Origin: Octopus vulgaris
Taxonomy: Eukaryota
Direction of reading: 5' to 3'
NCBI GenBank assembly: GCA_951406725.2
Contig: OX597825.1
Location: 56,978,001 to 57,042,000, forward strand
DNA: 64,000 bases
Shown: positions 15,117-30,239 of the stretch, piece after piece
Layout: every line of letters begins with the position of its first letter
Numbering within the stretch: position 1 is the first letter of the stretch
Position numbers and translations under genes: made by a program
Notes under the pieces: generated by a model
The model's database searches: none
Told to the model about the DNA's origin: nothing
The model's input: only the letters and a program-made list of their open reading frames with translations

Positions 15117-15383
15117 TTGGCAGGATATGTTATCCAGACAGATACCATATTAGCTCTCAGTCAAGCTCCTGTTAACGACTAAGCACAATGATCAGTATCC
15201 AATGTCTGTGTCTACAATTAGTTATTAGTCACTCTGTGAATTCTTCCAATGGGTAATTCTGTGCACTCTAAGCTGAACTGTAAAGGTCGCCTGGAGTATA
15301 AATTGATATTAATAATAATAAAGTGTATGGAGACTTGCACATCCGCAAAATTTATTTGATAGTTATATACAGCATATCATAAT

Positions 15384-15467
15384 GACTTACACGTGTTTCC
15401 ACTGCAGTAACTACTCCCTGTTGCAAATGCAATCTTGCAATATTGTCAGTGCAGCTTCATCAGGGTC
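15384..15467 (-). ncRNA. Type I hammerhead ribozyme with long stem II (slightly decayed)
   Basis: GACC-CUGAUGA-AGCUGCA...UGCAGUG-GAAA-CACGUG-UA-AGUC; palindromic stem III; one mismatch each in stems I and II. Confidence 0.65.
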
Positions 15468-15896
15468 TATCCATTTATTTTTAGAGTTTACTTCAAGGAT
15501 GACCAAATAGACATACTTTTTATTATTATTAATATATATATATATAAACCGATAAAGGTGAGAAAATTGGGTACTAATTTAATAGCACATCCATTTACCA
15601 CCAAGTGGCTTAGTGCATAAAAAACCCGGATTATGACACATTTTATACATAAATATAAGAGAGTGACCACCATGTAGTCTACTCTAGCACTAAAAATAGA
15701 TCCGCAAGGTTTCAGCCATATATATATATATATATATAATAGAAGTCAGGGTAGAATATGCTTGATCAAGCAAACAGGTGTATATTGTACCCTGACTTTT
15801 AATATATATTTTGCATAGTTGGATTATGTTTGCTGTCTACTTAATCATAATTTTTTTAAAGATACTGATAACTTAATTGAATTTTGAATTTATATA

Positions 15897-16175
15897 TCAA
15901 CAGGCCCTGCCCTATTTAACATTGTCCCGAAAGAGATCAAAGAGGAAAAGGATCCCATCAACTTTAAACGGATTCTGGATAGATTCCTTCAAAGAATACC
16001 AGATAAGCCACCCATAATTGGATACAACTCACCCAACAAAAACTCACTACTTGAATGGACCATAAACAAAACTTGACTTAAACAGGATTCAAATAATCCT
16101 ATCAGGTGGTGCTATTAAGTTAGACATGGCCTGGACCAATCTTTGGTCGAAACATATCTAAGTTTATCTAAGTTT
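15897..16175 (+). mobile_element. CR1/Zenon-type LINE 3' end
   Basis: Open frame STGPALFNIVPKEIKEEKDPINFKRILDRFLQRIPDKP...NSLLEW to stop at 16076; 3'UTR GGTGGTGC..CATGGCC..hairpin..GAAAC then (TATCTAAGTT)2. Confidence 0.75.
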
Positions 16176-16209
16176 ATATATATATATATTTATAAATATA
16201 TATATATAT

Positions 16210-17431
16210 CATTAACATCATTGTTGTCATTTAATGTCCATGGCATGGGCTGGATGGTCTGACTGAGGACTGGCAAGCCAGAAGACTGCACCAGACTCCA
16301 ATCTGATCTGGCAAAGTTTTTACAGCTGGATGCCCTTCCTAATGCCAACTACTTCAAGAGTGTAGTGGGTGCTTTTACGTGCCACCAGTACAATGGCCAG
16401 TCAGATAGTACTGGCAACGATCATGCTCAAAAGATGTCTTTTACATGCCACCTGCATGGGAGCCAGTCCGGCATCACTGGTAACAACCACACTCAAATGT
16501 TGTTTTTCACGCGCCACTGGCACATGTGCCAGTAAGGCGATGCTGGCAACGATCATACTTGAATGGTGCTTTTTACATGCTACCAGCACGGGAGCCACTC
16601 AGCGACCTTGGCAACAGTCACAAGTGCCAATTAGGTGGTACTGTCATCAGCCACATCAGCAATTTTGATTTTGATTTTGATTTTACTTGCCTCAACAGGT
16701 CCTCGCAAGCAAAGTTTATTGTCCAATGAATGAAGGATACTCCTAAGTGGGCTTGTTATACACCACTGGCATAGGCCATGGGTTATGGCCTCACTTGGCT
16801 TGTCAGGTCTTCCCAAGCACAGCATATCTCCAAAGGTCTTGGTCACTAGTCATTGCCTCAGTGTTCGAAGGTTGTGCTTCACTAACTCATCCCAGGTCTT
16901 CCTGGATCTACCATTTCCACAGGTTCCCTCAACTGCTAGGGTGTGACACTTTTTCACACAGCTGTCCTCATCATCCATTCACAACACGTGACCATACCAG
17001 CACAGTCGTCTCTCTTGCACACCACATCTGATGCTTCTTAAGTCCAACTTTTCTCTCAGGGCACTTACAGCGGAGCACATTGGCTTCATTCCTTGCAAGC
17101 TTACACATGTCCTCAGCAGTCACAGCCCATGTTTCACTGCCATGTAGCATGGCTGTTCATACACATACATCATACAGTCTACCTTTTACTCTGAGTGAGA
17201 GGCCCTTTGTCACCAGCAGAGGTAGGAGCTCTCTGAACCTTGCCCAGGTTATTCTTATTCTAGCAGCTACACTTTCAGAGCATCCACCCTCGCTACTGAC
17301 TTGGTCACCTAGGTAATGGAAGCTATCAACTGCTTGTAGTTTTTCTCGCTGGAATGTGACAGAAGCTGTTCTCTGCACATTTTCAATGTTTATTGCTCCT
17401 GAGCAAGTTGCCACATACAAAAACTATCTTC
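16210..17431 (-). mobile_element. Decayed RTE LINE 3' fragment
   Basis: ORF 17157..17420 (VDSFHYLGD...WARFRELLPLLVTKGLSLRVKGRLY) homologous to the 34314 ORF; 3'UTR repeats and tail present. Confidence 0.88.
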
Positions 17432-18914
17432 CTTTGATATATATATATATATATATATATATCTATATATGGTTAAGTAGTACATTTTAAAATTACATGG
17501 TTCTAAGCTCTGTCTCACTGTGCAGCACCTTGGGCCAACCAAAACCTAATGAATGGATATGGTAAATTCAAACACTAAAAAAAGTCTTTAGTAAGTGTAA
17601 GTGTTTGAGTCTCCTTGTCCTGACATTGGGTGCTCGTTGTTAAAGACTGTGCCTTATTCTTCATTTTGTCATTCATTTGCAATCTTCTGGCTGTTGTGCT
17701 ATTCGTGCTCAAAGGACTATGGAAAATATTACTTTAATTGGAAACAGCAGAAGGTTGGTAACAGGAAAGGCATCCAGCTATAGAAAATTAGCATCAAAGT
17801 TTTTCACCTAAGTTATGTCAGCATGGAAAAGCAGACATTAACTTCTTTGTTTCTAGGTGGATTTTTGGCAACAATTTCTTTGGATTTAAGTTTAGAATTT
17901 TGATGATATATAATTTTTCAAAAACAAGTTTGATTTATTTTTCAAACTTTTCAAGTTTCCTCCTCTAGAAATGTTTATATAGACTTGTCACTTGTCTTAC
18001 TGGACATGGATCAAAAGAAGGTGTCATTATACCATATTTCTTATTGCTTTACTGCCAACAAGGGGCTAAACGCAGAAGGGACAAACAAGGACAGACAAAC
18101 AGATTAAGTCGATTATATCAACCCAGAGTGTAACTGGTACTTATTTAATTGACCCAGGAAAGGATGAAAGGCAAAGTCAACCTCAGCAGAATTTGAACTC
18201 AGAATGTAGCGGCAGACGAGATACTGCTAAACATTTCGCCCGGCATGCTAATGTTTCTGCCAGCTCGCCGCCTTATACCATATTTCTTTGTGGGTATTCC
18301 TGTAGTAAATATGGTTTTCAAAACAAAAGAAGCTTTTATAATTTGCATACACATACACACATACACATAGACACACACATATGCACACATGCAAATATAC
18401 CACCATCACTACCATCATCATCATCATCACCATAACCCACATCAACATCACCACCACCATCATCATTATCATTATTAACACTGTCATCATCATTGTCATA
18501 TAATATTTTAGCTATTTTCATTACAATCAGTACAAGACCTAGTTACAAGGTTACTATTATAATAATAATGGTTTTAAATTTTGCCACAAGGACAGCAATT
18601 TTGGGGGCAGGGGCTCATCGATTATATTAACCCCAGTGTTTCACCAGTATCTAATTTATCGACCCCGAAAGGATGAAAGGCAAGTTAACCTCAGCGGAAT
18701 TTGAACTCAGAACGTAGCGGTAGACAAAAAAACTGCTAATAATCCTTTCTACAATAGGCACAAGGCCTAAAATTTTGGGGGAAGGGACTAGTCGATTACA
18801 TCAACCTCAGTCTTTCACCGTTACTTAATTTATCGACCCTGAAAGGATGAAAAGCAAAGTTAAACCCAGCAGAATTTCCACCTTAATAATAATAAGAATA
18901 ATAATCGTTTCTGC

Positions 18915-19439
18915 AGTAGTAGTAGTAGTAGTAGTAGTAGTATAGTAGTGGTGGTGGTGGTGGTGGTGGTTGTCGTGGTGGTGGTGGTGGTAGTTACCAT
19001 TATTATTATGATAACATACCATTGCATTTTAGTTCCATCACCCACAGATCTGACTCCACCCAAGATACAATTCTTGTTGGCGTCACTGCTGATTATGTTC
19101 AATGCCAATCCATCCATGACAAATCATGCTGCTTTCGCAGTATCTGGGAATAAGCTATCTAATTTGAATTTTCCTTATTTAAGACATTGAAGTGTGACTA
19201 AAGAGAGATTTTGCCTGCTATTTCTAGCAAGTCAAATGACCATGAAGAGGCATTCTCATTTGCTCATTGTACATTTTGTCATTTTTGCTGCTGTTGCTGC
19301 TGCTACTGCTGCTACTGCTGCTACTGCTGCTGCTGCTTTTGTTGTTGTTGTTGTGGTTGTTGTTGCTGTTGATGATGATGATGATGATGTGTTGTAAGTA
19401 TTTATTCTTATGTCACCATGAGAGAATTGCAAATCAAAG

Positions 19440-19475
<36 letters not shown>

Positions 19476-20798
19476 AGGAGAGAGAGAAGGAGAGAGAGAG
19501 AAGAGAGAAGGAGAGAGAGAGGAGAGAGAAAGAGAGAAAAGGAGAGAAGGAGAGAGAGAAGAGAAAGAAGAAAGTATGAGCAAGAGAGAGAGGAAGAGAG
19601 AGAGAAAAAGAAAGAGAGAAGGAAAGAGAGCAAAGGGGAGGAAGAGGAAGAGAGAGAGAAGTGAGAGAGGAGAGAGAGGTGAAGAGAGTGTGAGTGAGAG
19701 AGATAGATAGGGTAGGAGAGAAGAGAAAGAAGAAAGTGTGAGCAAGAGAGAGAGAGAGGAAGAGAGAAGGGAAAAGAAGATGAAAAAAGAGAGAGAAAGA
19801 AGGAGTGAGAGAAAGAGAGAAAGAAAACAGAAATATGAGGAAGAAGAGAGAAAGAAGAGAGAAATATAAGAGAAAAGAGAAAAGAGAAAAGAGAATGAGA
19901 AGAAGGAAGTCAGAGGAAGAGAGAAAGAGAGAGAAAGTGAGTGATGAAGAGGAAGAATGAAAGAAAGAGAGAAAGAAAGGAGAGAGAGAAGAAACAGAAG
20001 CAAGAAATAAGAGAGAAGCAGAGAGGAAAAGATGAAAGATAGAGAAAGAGGAGAGAGGGAGGGAGTGTAGCAGTTTTCCGTGATTACAATCTCACTTGGT
20101 AGGAAACACTACAAACCATGGCGTGTGTGTGTGCATGCGTGTGTGCGTGTGTGTGTGTGTGTTTTTGTGTGTGCACGTATGAATGTGCATACGTGTGTGG
20201 GGGGCATTTGTATGTATGTATGCATGTGTTTATGTGTACATATGCACATATGTATGTGTAGCGTATGTGTGCATGCGTGAGTATTTTATATGTGTATAAA
20301 CGTACATGTGTGTGTGTGAGTATGTCTGTGTGTGTGTATGTCTGCATGTGTGTGTGTGTGTGTGTGTGTGTATTCCTTTGTTTGTGGTATATGTGTATGT
20401 ATTTGTATGTCTGCATGTACGTTGGTGTGTATGAATGTATGCTCATACATATATGTGTGTGTGTGTATATTATATATATATATATATACATATACACATT
20501 TGTGTATGAGGATGTTTATGTTTGTGTTGTGTGTGTGTTTGTGTGGGGGGGCATGTTTATATGTGTGTGTGTGTGTGTGTTTGCTTGAACTACAAGTGTC
20601 ACAATCAAGTGGCATGTAAAAGCTGTGCCAACATCTTCCGTAGCAAGCAGAAAAATATATATAATGGTAGGCAGGAGGCATTGGCGGCAAGTCTTCGACA
20701 CAGATTCTTCAACTAAAGAACCAATATCCAGTTTGCACACACAAACACACACATACCTCAGTACCAATATGGCACGTGAATATTAACATTGGTAATAA

Positions 20799-20840
<42 letters not shown>

Positions 20841-20858
20841 TGTCATCATCACCAACAC

Positions 20859-20890
<32 letters not shown>

Positions 20891-20907
20891 ACATCGTTCA
20901 CCAACAC

Positions 20908-20948
<41 letters not shown>

Positions 20949-21005
20949 ACATCATCAACATCGTTCTCAACATCATCATCACAATCATCACCGACATCAT
21001 CATCA

Positions 21006-21036
<31 letters not shown>

Positions 21037-21210
21037 CAGTATTTCTACTGCTATGTCAATTTACAATAATCTATATTGTTTTTCAGTTACATGTGTGTAT
21101 GTGCGTGTGTGCATGTGTGTGTGTGTTTTATGTGTGTATTGTATGTGTTTATATTGTGTGTGTGTGTGTGGTGTGTGTGTGTGTATTGTGCTTATTGTTA
21201 TGATATATAA
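18915..21210. repeat. Low-complexity block: (TAG)n, (GGT)n, (GCT)n, (GA)n, (TG)n, (CAT)n
   Basis: Direct reading; source of the poly-L/S/E-R/M ORFs. Confidence 0.95.
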
Positions 21211-21799
21211 AGCAATCATTATTATTAATATTGTTATATTATTATATAATATGCTATAGTGCATTATATAATTTAATATAATGCTATATAATATAGTGTA
21301 TTATATAATATAATAAACATCATATAATGTAGCGTGCGTTATGTAATATCAATTAATGTAATATTGTAATATACTCTCATGTCAAGCCCTCTTCAATTCC
21401 ATTATTAAGCCCTTATAAGAATGTAGCAATAGAGAGAGCAGTGTTGCCTTCCTATGTATTTGTCCAAAAGGTGAATAAAGGTAATGAGTATAATCTAATT
21501 GAATGCAACTAATTACTCCCAACATGCATCTGTAGGCCAGGAAAAACAACCAGCAGAGGGCGCTTGCGCTTGATTTTAAGGGTAATTTGGGATCTGTGGG
21601 GTTTCCGCTGAATGGCCGTTCTTTCTTACTGGGGTATATCGTTTCTTGAATTTCTCCATATATGCTGTTAGGCATGAGTTGTTTTGTCATTGGTGTCCAA
21701 TTTCTTCACTTTCCATTCTGTATAATTCCTTCCCATTTTTATGAGTTATCTTTCTAATATCCCCTCATCTGTTTCCCTTGTGACAAATAATGAAACCAT

Positions 21800-22098
21800 C
21801 ATTATTATTATTATTATTATCATCATCATTATCCTCTTTCAATTTTGTTTCCATTTCTTGCTGAGTGTCTTCCCGACACCTAAGAAACTCACTATATACA
21901 TTAGTAGGGCATCAAAATAAAGACACCAGATTGTTCATTTATGAAGTCATGCGATAAGAGAAAAAATGAAGGAAAGGGAAACAGAAAATTAAGGGGAAAA
22001 AGGAAAGAAAATTCACAATGCTCTTCTTAATATGTGTGATGTACCAGTTAATACAATCTCTTGTACTTCTTGCATGGATGCTAAGCCAGGGATCATCC
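21800..22098 (-). mobile_element. R4/Dong-like (RLE) LINE 3' fragment in a (TAA)n tract
   Basis: C-terminal peptide IPGLASMQEVQEIVLTGTSHILRRAL* typical of RLE non-LTR elements; TAA repeats on both flanks. Confidence 0.6.
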
Positions 22099-22125
22099 TA
22101 TAATTATTATTATTATTATTATTAT

Positions 22126-22187
<62 letters not shown>

Positions 22188-22691
22188 AGATGTTGAGCTG
22201 GCAGAATCATTAGCATGCTGGGTGAAATGCTTAGCAATATTTCATCTACCACAATGTTCTGAGTTCAAATTCTGGGGACGCCGACTTTGCCTTTCATAAT
22301 TTTTTGGGTCAGTTAAATAAGTACCAGTTACGCACTGGGGTCGATGTAATCAACTTATCCCTTCCCCATAAATTTCAGGCCTTGTGCCTATAATAGAAAG
22401 GATTACTATAATTATTATTAAGGTGGTGAACTGGTAGAATTGTTAGCATGCCGAGCAGCATTTCGGTTGTCTTCACATTCCAAGTTCAAATTCAGCCAAG
22501 GTCAATTTTGTCTTTCATCATTTCAGGGTCAATAAATTAAGAATTGGGGAATTTCTATTGTTTAATTGTTTTGCTATTTGTTTTTTATTACTAATTGTAT
22601 ACACAGCATTGTTCAACACCTCACTAATCCCTTGTATTGTATCAACCCTATTTGTTTTATGTTCAGCCCTTGTGGCCAAAACAAGAAAGTA

Positions 22692-22731
<40 letters not shown>

Positions 22732-23268
22732 GGCAGTGAGCAGGCAGAATTGTTAGCATGTTGGACAAAACACTTAGTGATATTTCGTCTATCACTATGT
22801 TCTGAATTCAAATTCCACTGAGGTCAACTTTGCTTTACATCCTTTGGGGTTAATAAGTACCAGTTGTGTACTGGGGTTGATGTAATTGACTTAATTCCTT
22901 TCCCCAAATTTGAGGCTTTGTGCTTCCAGTAGAAAGGATTATTATTATTATTATTATTATTATATAAAAGTGGCAAGCTGCAAGAATCATTAACATACAA
23001 GACAAAATGCTTAGCAGAATTTCTTCTAGCATTTAACATTCCAAGTCCAAATTCCACCAGGGTGGACTTTACCTTTCATCCTTTATCATTTTGGGGGTCG
23101 ATAAAATAAGTATCTTTATTAATCTCTGGGATCAATGTAATCAACTAGTCCCTTCCCACCAGAATCCAGCCAAATCAGATCAGAACTTGGTGCAACTCTC
23201 CAGCTTACGAGTTTTCAGTCAAACTGTCTAAACCATGCCGGCATGGAAAGCAGACATAAATGATGATA

Positions 23269-23302
<34 letters not shown>

Positions 23303-23644
23303 GGAGGAGGAGGAGGAGGGGGGGTGGCGGTGATGATAATGATGATGACTACAATTAGGGCTGTGAGCTGATCAAATCATTAAAGCATAGAATTCATTCT
23401 GCATCTCTATGTTCTGGGTTCAAACCCTGCTGACTTCAACTTTGCTTTTCTTCCTTTTAGAATCAAGAAAATGATGAACCAGTCAAGGACTGGGGACAAT
23501 GACATCCACTTAACCCATACCTCAAAACTACTAAAATAGATACCGTTATTGATATTGTTGTGGTTGTATATACAATTGCAATAAATTATTATATAAATTA
23601 TTATATATATATATATATATATCAAACATCCAAACAGTTAGGTG

Positions 23645-23972
23645 ATACAAAAAAAGGGACAACAAAACATTCAGATGTATGAGTCAAAGAAAACAAGGAT
23701 GGATCATTTGTAGTTTTCTTTCCTCAGTCGAGTTCCAGATTATCTTTGCAATTTCAGCTTGTTATACTCAAAATTGTTCCAATCTGGCCAGCCCCAAGGA
23801 AAAACTAAGCTAAGAGCATTAGATTCCTTGGAAGAAAGCAGCAAATGTATATGGAAACAAGGACATTGCAAAGATAATCTGGAAGTCAACTGAGGAAAGA
23901 AAACTCCGAATGACCCGTCCTTGTTTTCTTTGTATCATCTATCTGAATGTTTTGTGTTCTTGTCCCATTTTG

Positions 23973-23976
<4 letters not shown>
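23645..23976. repeat. Inverted-repeat element between (TA)n tracts
   Basis: About 105-bp arms, 23645-23752 vs 23865-23976. Confidence 0.8.
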
Positions 23977-24007
<31 letters not shown>

Positions 24008-25681
24008 CGGCATACGTACACTTTGGTCTCTTGTATATATATATACACAATGGTCTTCTTTCAGTTTCCGTCTACCAAATCTACACACAAGGCTTTGGTT
24101 GACTCGAGGCTATAGTAGAAGACACTTGCCCAAAGTGCCACACAGTGGGACTGAATGCAGAACCATGTGGTTGGAAAGCAAGTTTCTTACCTCACAGCCA
24201 TACCTGCAACAATTTTTTTTATACAGTTCCTAATAACATTCAATTGTAAAAATACAATAGGATTTTATTTAAAAATCAAATGGTTATGGGGGTCCAGTAG
24301 AGTAAAATAGAAACGAAAGGGGTCGAAGGGCAAAAGATGGTTGAGAACCACCATCCTAGACCTTTCAAATAGTGAACAATTCAATGGTCAAACATATTTT
24401 TGCAGTAGATTATAAACGAGGACACTGTTGCAGAGGCAATAGTATTGTTTTTATGCACAAGACAAACACACACATCAATGAACACAAGACACACACACAC
24501 ACACACACACACACATATGTATATATACCAGCTTAAAAGTCACCCAATAGCTCCTGACGAGGGCTCTACATTGGGCCTTGAGCCCAACAATGACACTTCA
24601 TGCATTGAATACACATTAAATTTTATTAAACTTGACCAATATTTTTCAAGCAATGAACAATTTTCATCAAAATAATGATATAATTTGTTGACTTGGAACT
24701 TATTGCAAAGCTGCATGATAAACAACATTTTCTGTCTTCCCATTCAGGGGTCAATACAATTTTTTTCGGTCTAACCACTTTCTTTCTCTTTCTCTCTCTT
24801 TCTGTTGATTGTTTTCAAACATCACCATCACCGGTACCACCACCATCGCCACCACAACTGCATACACACGCCATTCAGACTTTTGACGCCACCACCATCA
24901 GTACCTTTGACTTCGCCGTCTTCCCCTCCACCACCATCACCATTGTCTTTCACATTGCTTACTATCACCATTGTCCCTGACTGCTTCAGCTACCACAGCT
25001 TATACTATTACTATCACCCCATTGCCATCACAACTGTCTCTATAGCTACTGTTACTCTCACCCCAACATGAATAGTGAGAGAGGAGGTTGAAGTGTGACA
25101 CACTGACACACAGAAATTAGTTTTCACATTTAATATATATATATATATATATCTTCTGTTTTCTATCTTTTAATTGTTCCAGTCATTGCTCTGTGACCAT
25201 GCTGTGGGGCATGCTGGAGCACTACCTTCAAGGATTTAGTCAATCAAATCAACCCCAGTACTCCTTTTTTAAACCTTGTACTTATTCTATCAGTCTCTTT
25301 TGCCGAACTGGATGTAAACAAACCAACACCAGTTGCTAAATGGAAGTGAACAAACACACTGATGCACACATAGATACATGCACGCGCACACACATATATA
25401 CTTACAAACACACACACACACATATGAGTGGCTTCTTTCAGTTTCTATCTACCAAATCAACTTGCACGGCTTTGGTCAGCCCAGGGCTATAGTAGAAGAC
25501 ATTTGCCCAAGGTGTTGCACAGTGGAACTGAACCCAAGACCACATAGTTGAGAAGCAAGCTTCTTAACCACACAGCCATGCCTGTACATGCACCGACATA
25601 TGAAGAGCTTCCTTATCAATACATTTGTTAGCTAACAATAATCAACATTTATAATAGTAATTTATTTTTAAAAACTAACAT

Positions 25682-26168
25682 TTGTCATATTCTGAACGCC
25701 TTACTTCCCTGGGCATAGACACATTGAAACTCCAACGTCTGGCAGCTGACTTGGCAGACACCCATAAAATTATTAACCACCTTACTAACAATAACTCTGA
25801 GCACCTTTTCAAACTCCACCTGTCTAACACCCATGGACATATTTACAAAGTCAGAAAACAGCACAGCTCCCATGACTTTCAGAAACATTTTTTCATGCTA
25901 AGAGTTGCTGAAGCATGGAACAAACTGCCAGCATCAGTTGTTAGTTGTCGGAGCACTGCATCCTTCAAAACTTCCATGCTTCCTGAGATCTGCCAACACT
26001 ACACCTGATTTTCTCCCCTCCATATACACGCAAGCATGTATCTGACTCATACACTGTTCACTTCCCAGGCATTTGTACATTACTGCATATGCTTTATATG
26101 CTCTTTTGACAAGTTGTAGTGCACCTGAGCACTGTATACAATAATTTCATAATTATTATTATTATCAT
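25682..26168 (+). mobile_element. CR1-clade LINE 3' fragment
   Basis: ORF 25682..26008 SYSERLTSLG...LFKL...HFFMLRVAEAWNKLPASVV; (ATT)n tail. Confidence 0.85.
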
Positions 26169-27110
26169 TAGTTAACAGATGTTAATATCAACAACATAGT
26201 TAACAGTTGTGACATGCCCTGCAACAGTTAACATTATAATTAGTTCACTAAATAACAATTAGTATTATGATTAGTTAATTGAAGTGATGTCTATACAGTA
26301 AACAGTCGCATAAGTTATCATCAGTTAATATATTATCAATACAACTAACAGTTGAAACAATGTAATAGTTAACACTATCATTTGTAACTACAACAGTTAA
26401 TATTAACGTAATAGTAAGCATTATCATTTGTTAACACACCAGTTAGCATTACCACTAGTTAAGAGAAATCAGATAATATTATTCTTAGTTAAGACAATAT
26501 TGAACATTATGATTAATTAATATGATAATTTACATTAGTTAGTAAATCGATACAGTTAATATTTGAATAAACTAATACAATAGTTAACATTATAATTAGT
26601 TAACACAATAATTAACATTATCATTCATTAACACAATAGTTAACAATGCCATTACTTAACCAATGATAATGATAATATTATGCCAACACCATAGATAATG
26701 TTATTTTTAGTTAACATATATAGCTCTCAGGTACATAAATTAACACAATAGTTAACACAATAGTCAACATCATAGTTAGTTAACACAACAGTTATAACAC
26801 CATCATTTAACATAACAATTAGTTAACAGAATAGTTAACATAATCTTTAGTTAACACAGTACTTGATATTATAATTAGTGAACACAATAGTTAACATAAT
26901 GATTAGTTAACACAATAGTCAACATCGTAGTTAGTTAACACAACAGTTATAACACCATCATTTAACATAACAATTAGTTAACAGAATAGTTAACATAATC
27001 TTTAGCTAACACAATAGTTAACATCTTTAGTTAACACAATACTTGACATTATAATTAGTGAACACAATAGTGAACATAATCATTAGTTAACACAATATTA
27101 TCAAACAGTT
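26168..27110. repeat. Degenerate AT-rich satellite (ttaacacaatagttaaca-like)
   Basis: Short repeats with a higher-order duplication, about 26740-26900 vs 26905-27090. Confidence 0.8.
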
Positions 27111-27189
27111 GTATTGATAAACGACAAATCAAAGCTTTATTTTTCATCTATTTTATCAAATGTTTTACAATGTTTTATGTGAATCAAAA

Positions 27190-28181
27190 CAATGTACACT
27201 ATTATTATTTTTATTATTATTATTATTTTTATTATTGTTATTATTATTGTTGTTGTATTGCTGATTTATATGTTGATTGTTATAATTTGTTTTTAGTGGT
27301 TATTGTTTTTTTTATTCTTGTTGTTTTCTTTAGATTTATCTGTGCATTTCATTTCATTGTTTGGTTTCTTTTTCAGTTCTTGTTTACAGTTACAATCAGC
27401 ATCATCATCATTGTTATTCTTGTTGTTGTTGTTGTTATGTTAATGGTGCTGGTAGGGATGGTGGTGACGGTGGTGGTGGCGGCGGCGGTGATGCTGGTGG
27501 CTTTGGCATTAATTTTGTTTTTTTTGTTGCAATTGCTATCTGTTGATATTCCTGTTTATACTATCATTGTTACTTTGCTTGCTTTTAATTTTGTTGTTGT
27601 TGTTGTTGTTGTTGATGAAGATGATGATGTCATTGTTGTGTTTATTCTTATTGTTGTTGTTGTTGCTGTTTATGTAATCATTGTTGTAGTTCTTTCTGAT
27701 GCTGCTTACATTGCTGTTGTGGTTGATGAAGATGATGATAATAATGATAGTGACGGTGATGGTGGTGGCAGTGATGGCGGTGGCAGTGATGGCGGTGTTA
27801 ATGGCAGTGGTGGTGGTGGTAGTACTGGTGATGGGAGAGGTGTAATTTTCTTATCTTTCTAATCCTATCATTAAGAGCAATTGTTAACACAGTTTTTTAA
27901 AAAATCATCTAAACATATACATACACACACACACACACATACACACACACACACACATATATACACATGCACATATACATACAAATATAGATATACAAAC
28001 ACACAAGTAAAGATAGTGTTCATATACATGTATATGTGTGTATACACACACACACACACATTCTAAATATATACATACATGCACACTAATGTATAAATTC
28101 ATACAAATGTACTTTATATCCACATAAAAGTACAAAGCAGACACACATAAACAAATGTACACATATAACCTATGAATCACG

Positions 28182-28220
<39 letters not shown>

Positions 28221-28370
28221 ACATATTCCCTGCAGCCATACTCACATGCACACATAATGCACACAAGTACACATGCACATGTAAATATATATATGCACAC
28301 ATAAATGCATACACAAACTCTTTCTCATCATCATTACCATCATCATCATCATCATCATCATCATCACTTT
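27190..28370. repeat. Low-complexity (TTA/GTT/GGT)n and (CA)n block
   Basis: Direct reading; source of the spurious 230-aa ORF. Confidence 0.9.
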
Positions 28371-28647
28371 AACATCTGTTTTCTATGCTAGCATGGGTTA
28401 GATGGTTTAACAGGAGATGGAAAGCAAGAGGACTGCCTAATGATGTCCTGATGTCTGCTTTGACATGATTTCTACAGCCAGGTGCTCTTCCTAATGCCAA
28501 CCATTTCACAGCATGTACTGGGTACCTTTTTTTTTTCATGGCATCAGCACCATGATGTCACTGAGCCATTCATAAGACAAGACCCCTCGAATGAGTTGGG
28601 GTGCACTATTAAGGAGGTGGTCTTATGCCAGGTATTGAGAAGCTTAA

Positions 28648-29020
28648 CCCTTTCGTTACCAACCCAGCCAAAACCAGCTCTGGCTCTGTAGTACAAATGT
28701 CTTGTTTTCATAAATTTTGCATTAAAATATACCACCAAACCTTAGTCGCAATTTATATTCCTAACACTAGCTTAATGATAACTAAGTTATTTTACTAAAT
28801 TCTTTGTTATCATCATCATCATCATCATCATTTAGCGTCCGTTCTCCATGCTAGCATGGGTTGGACGGTTCAACTGGGGTCTGTGAAGCTGGAAGGCTCC
28901 ATCAGGCCCAGTCAGATCTGGCAGTGTTTCTACGGCTGGATGCCCTTCCTAACGCCAATTATATTTAAAATAATTGAAAGAAACACAGAGCATCTCAAAA
29001 TAAATACAGTAATGAAAGGG
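28648..29020. mobile_element. piggyBac-type MITE with a nested RTE tail (about 28809-28958)
   Basis: TTAA|CCCTTTCGTTAC ... GTAATGAAAGGG|TTAA; an older related copy lies near 38818-39036. Confidence 0.75.
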
Positions 29021-29141
29021 TTAAGTATAATAGAGAAACAAGAATAGGAGTCATGCTATAGAGACAATATGTGGGTACTCCATGTATCATTTTCTTTTAT
29101 CTTTTACTTGTTTCAGTCATTTGACTGCAGCAATGCTGGCT

Positions 29142-30140
<999 letters not shown>

Positions 30141-30239
30141 ACAAGGTCATTATATATATATATTCAGCAGTGGTGCCCCAGCATGGCTGCGGCCTTCGGA
30201 CTAAAACATTTTAAGGATTTAAGGATTTATACATACATA

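Noticed and set aside
23885-23922. CTGAGGA..CGAA inside the inverted-repeat element
   Set aside because: Stem II and GAAA are not canonical
24549-24600. CTGACGA-GGGCTC..GAGCCC hammerhead-like motif
   Set aside because: GAAA missing and no stem I or III; possibly a fossil but unsupported
27170-27862. 230-aa hydrophobic ORF and the other poly-I/Y/H/D/L ORFs
   Set aside because: Translations of microsatellites and low-complexity DNA
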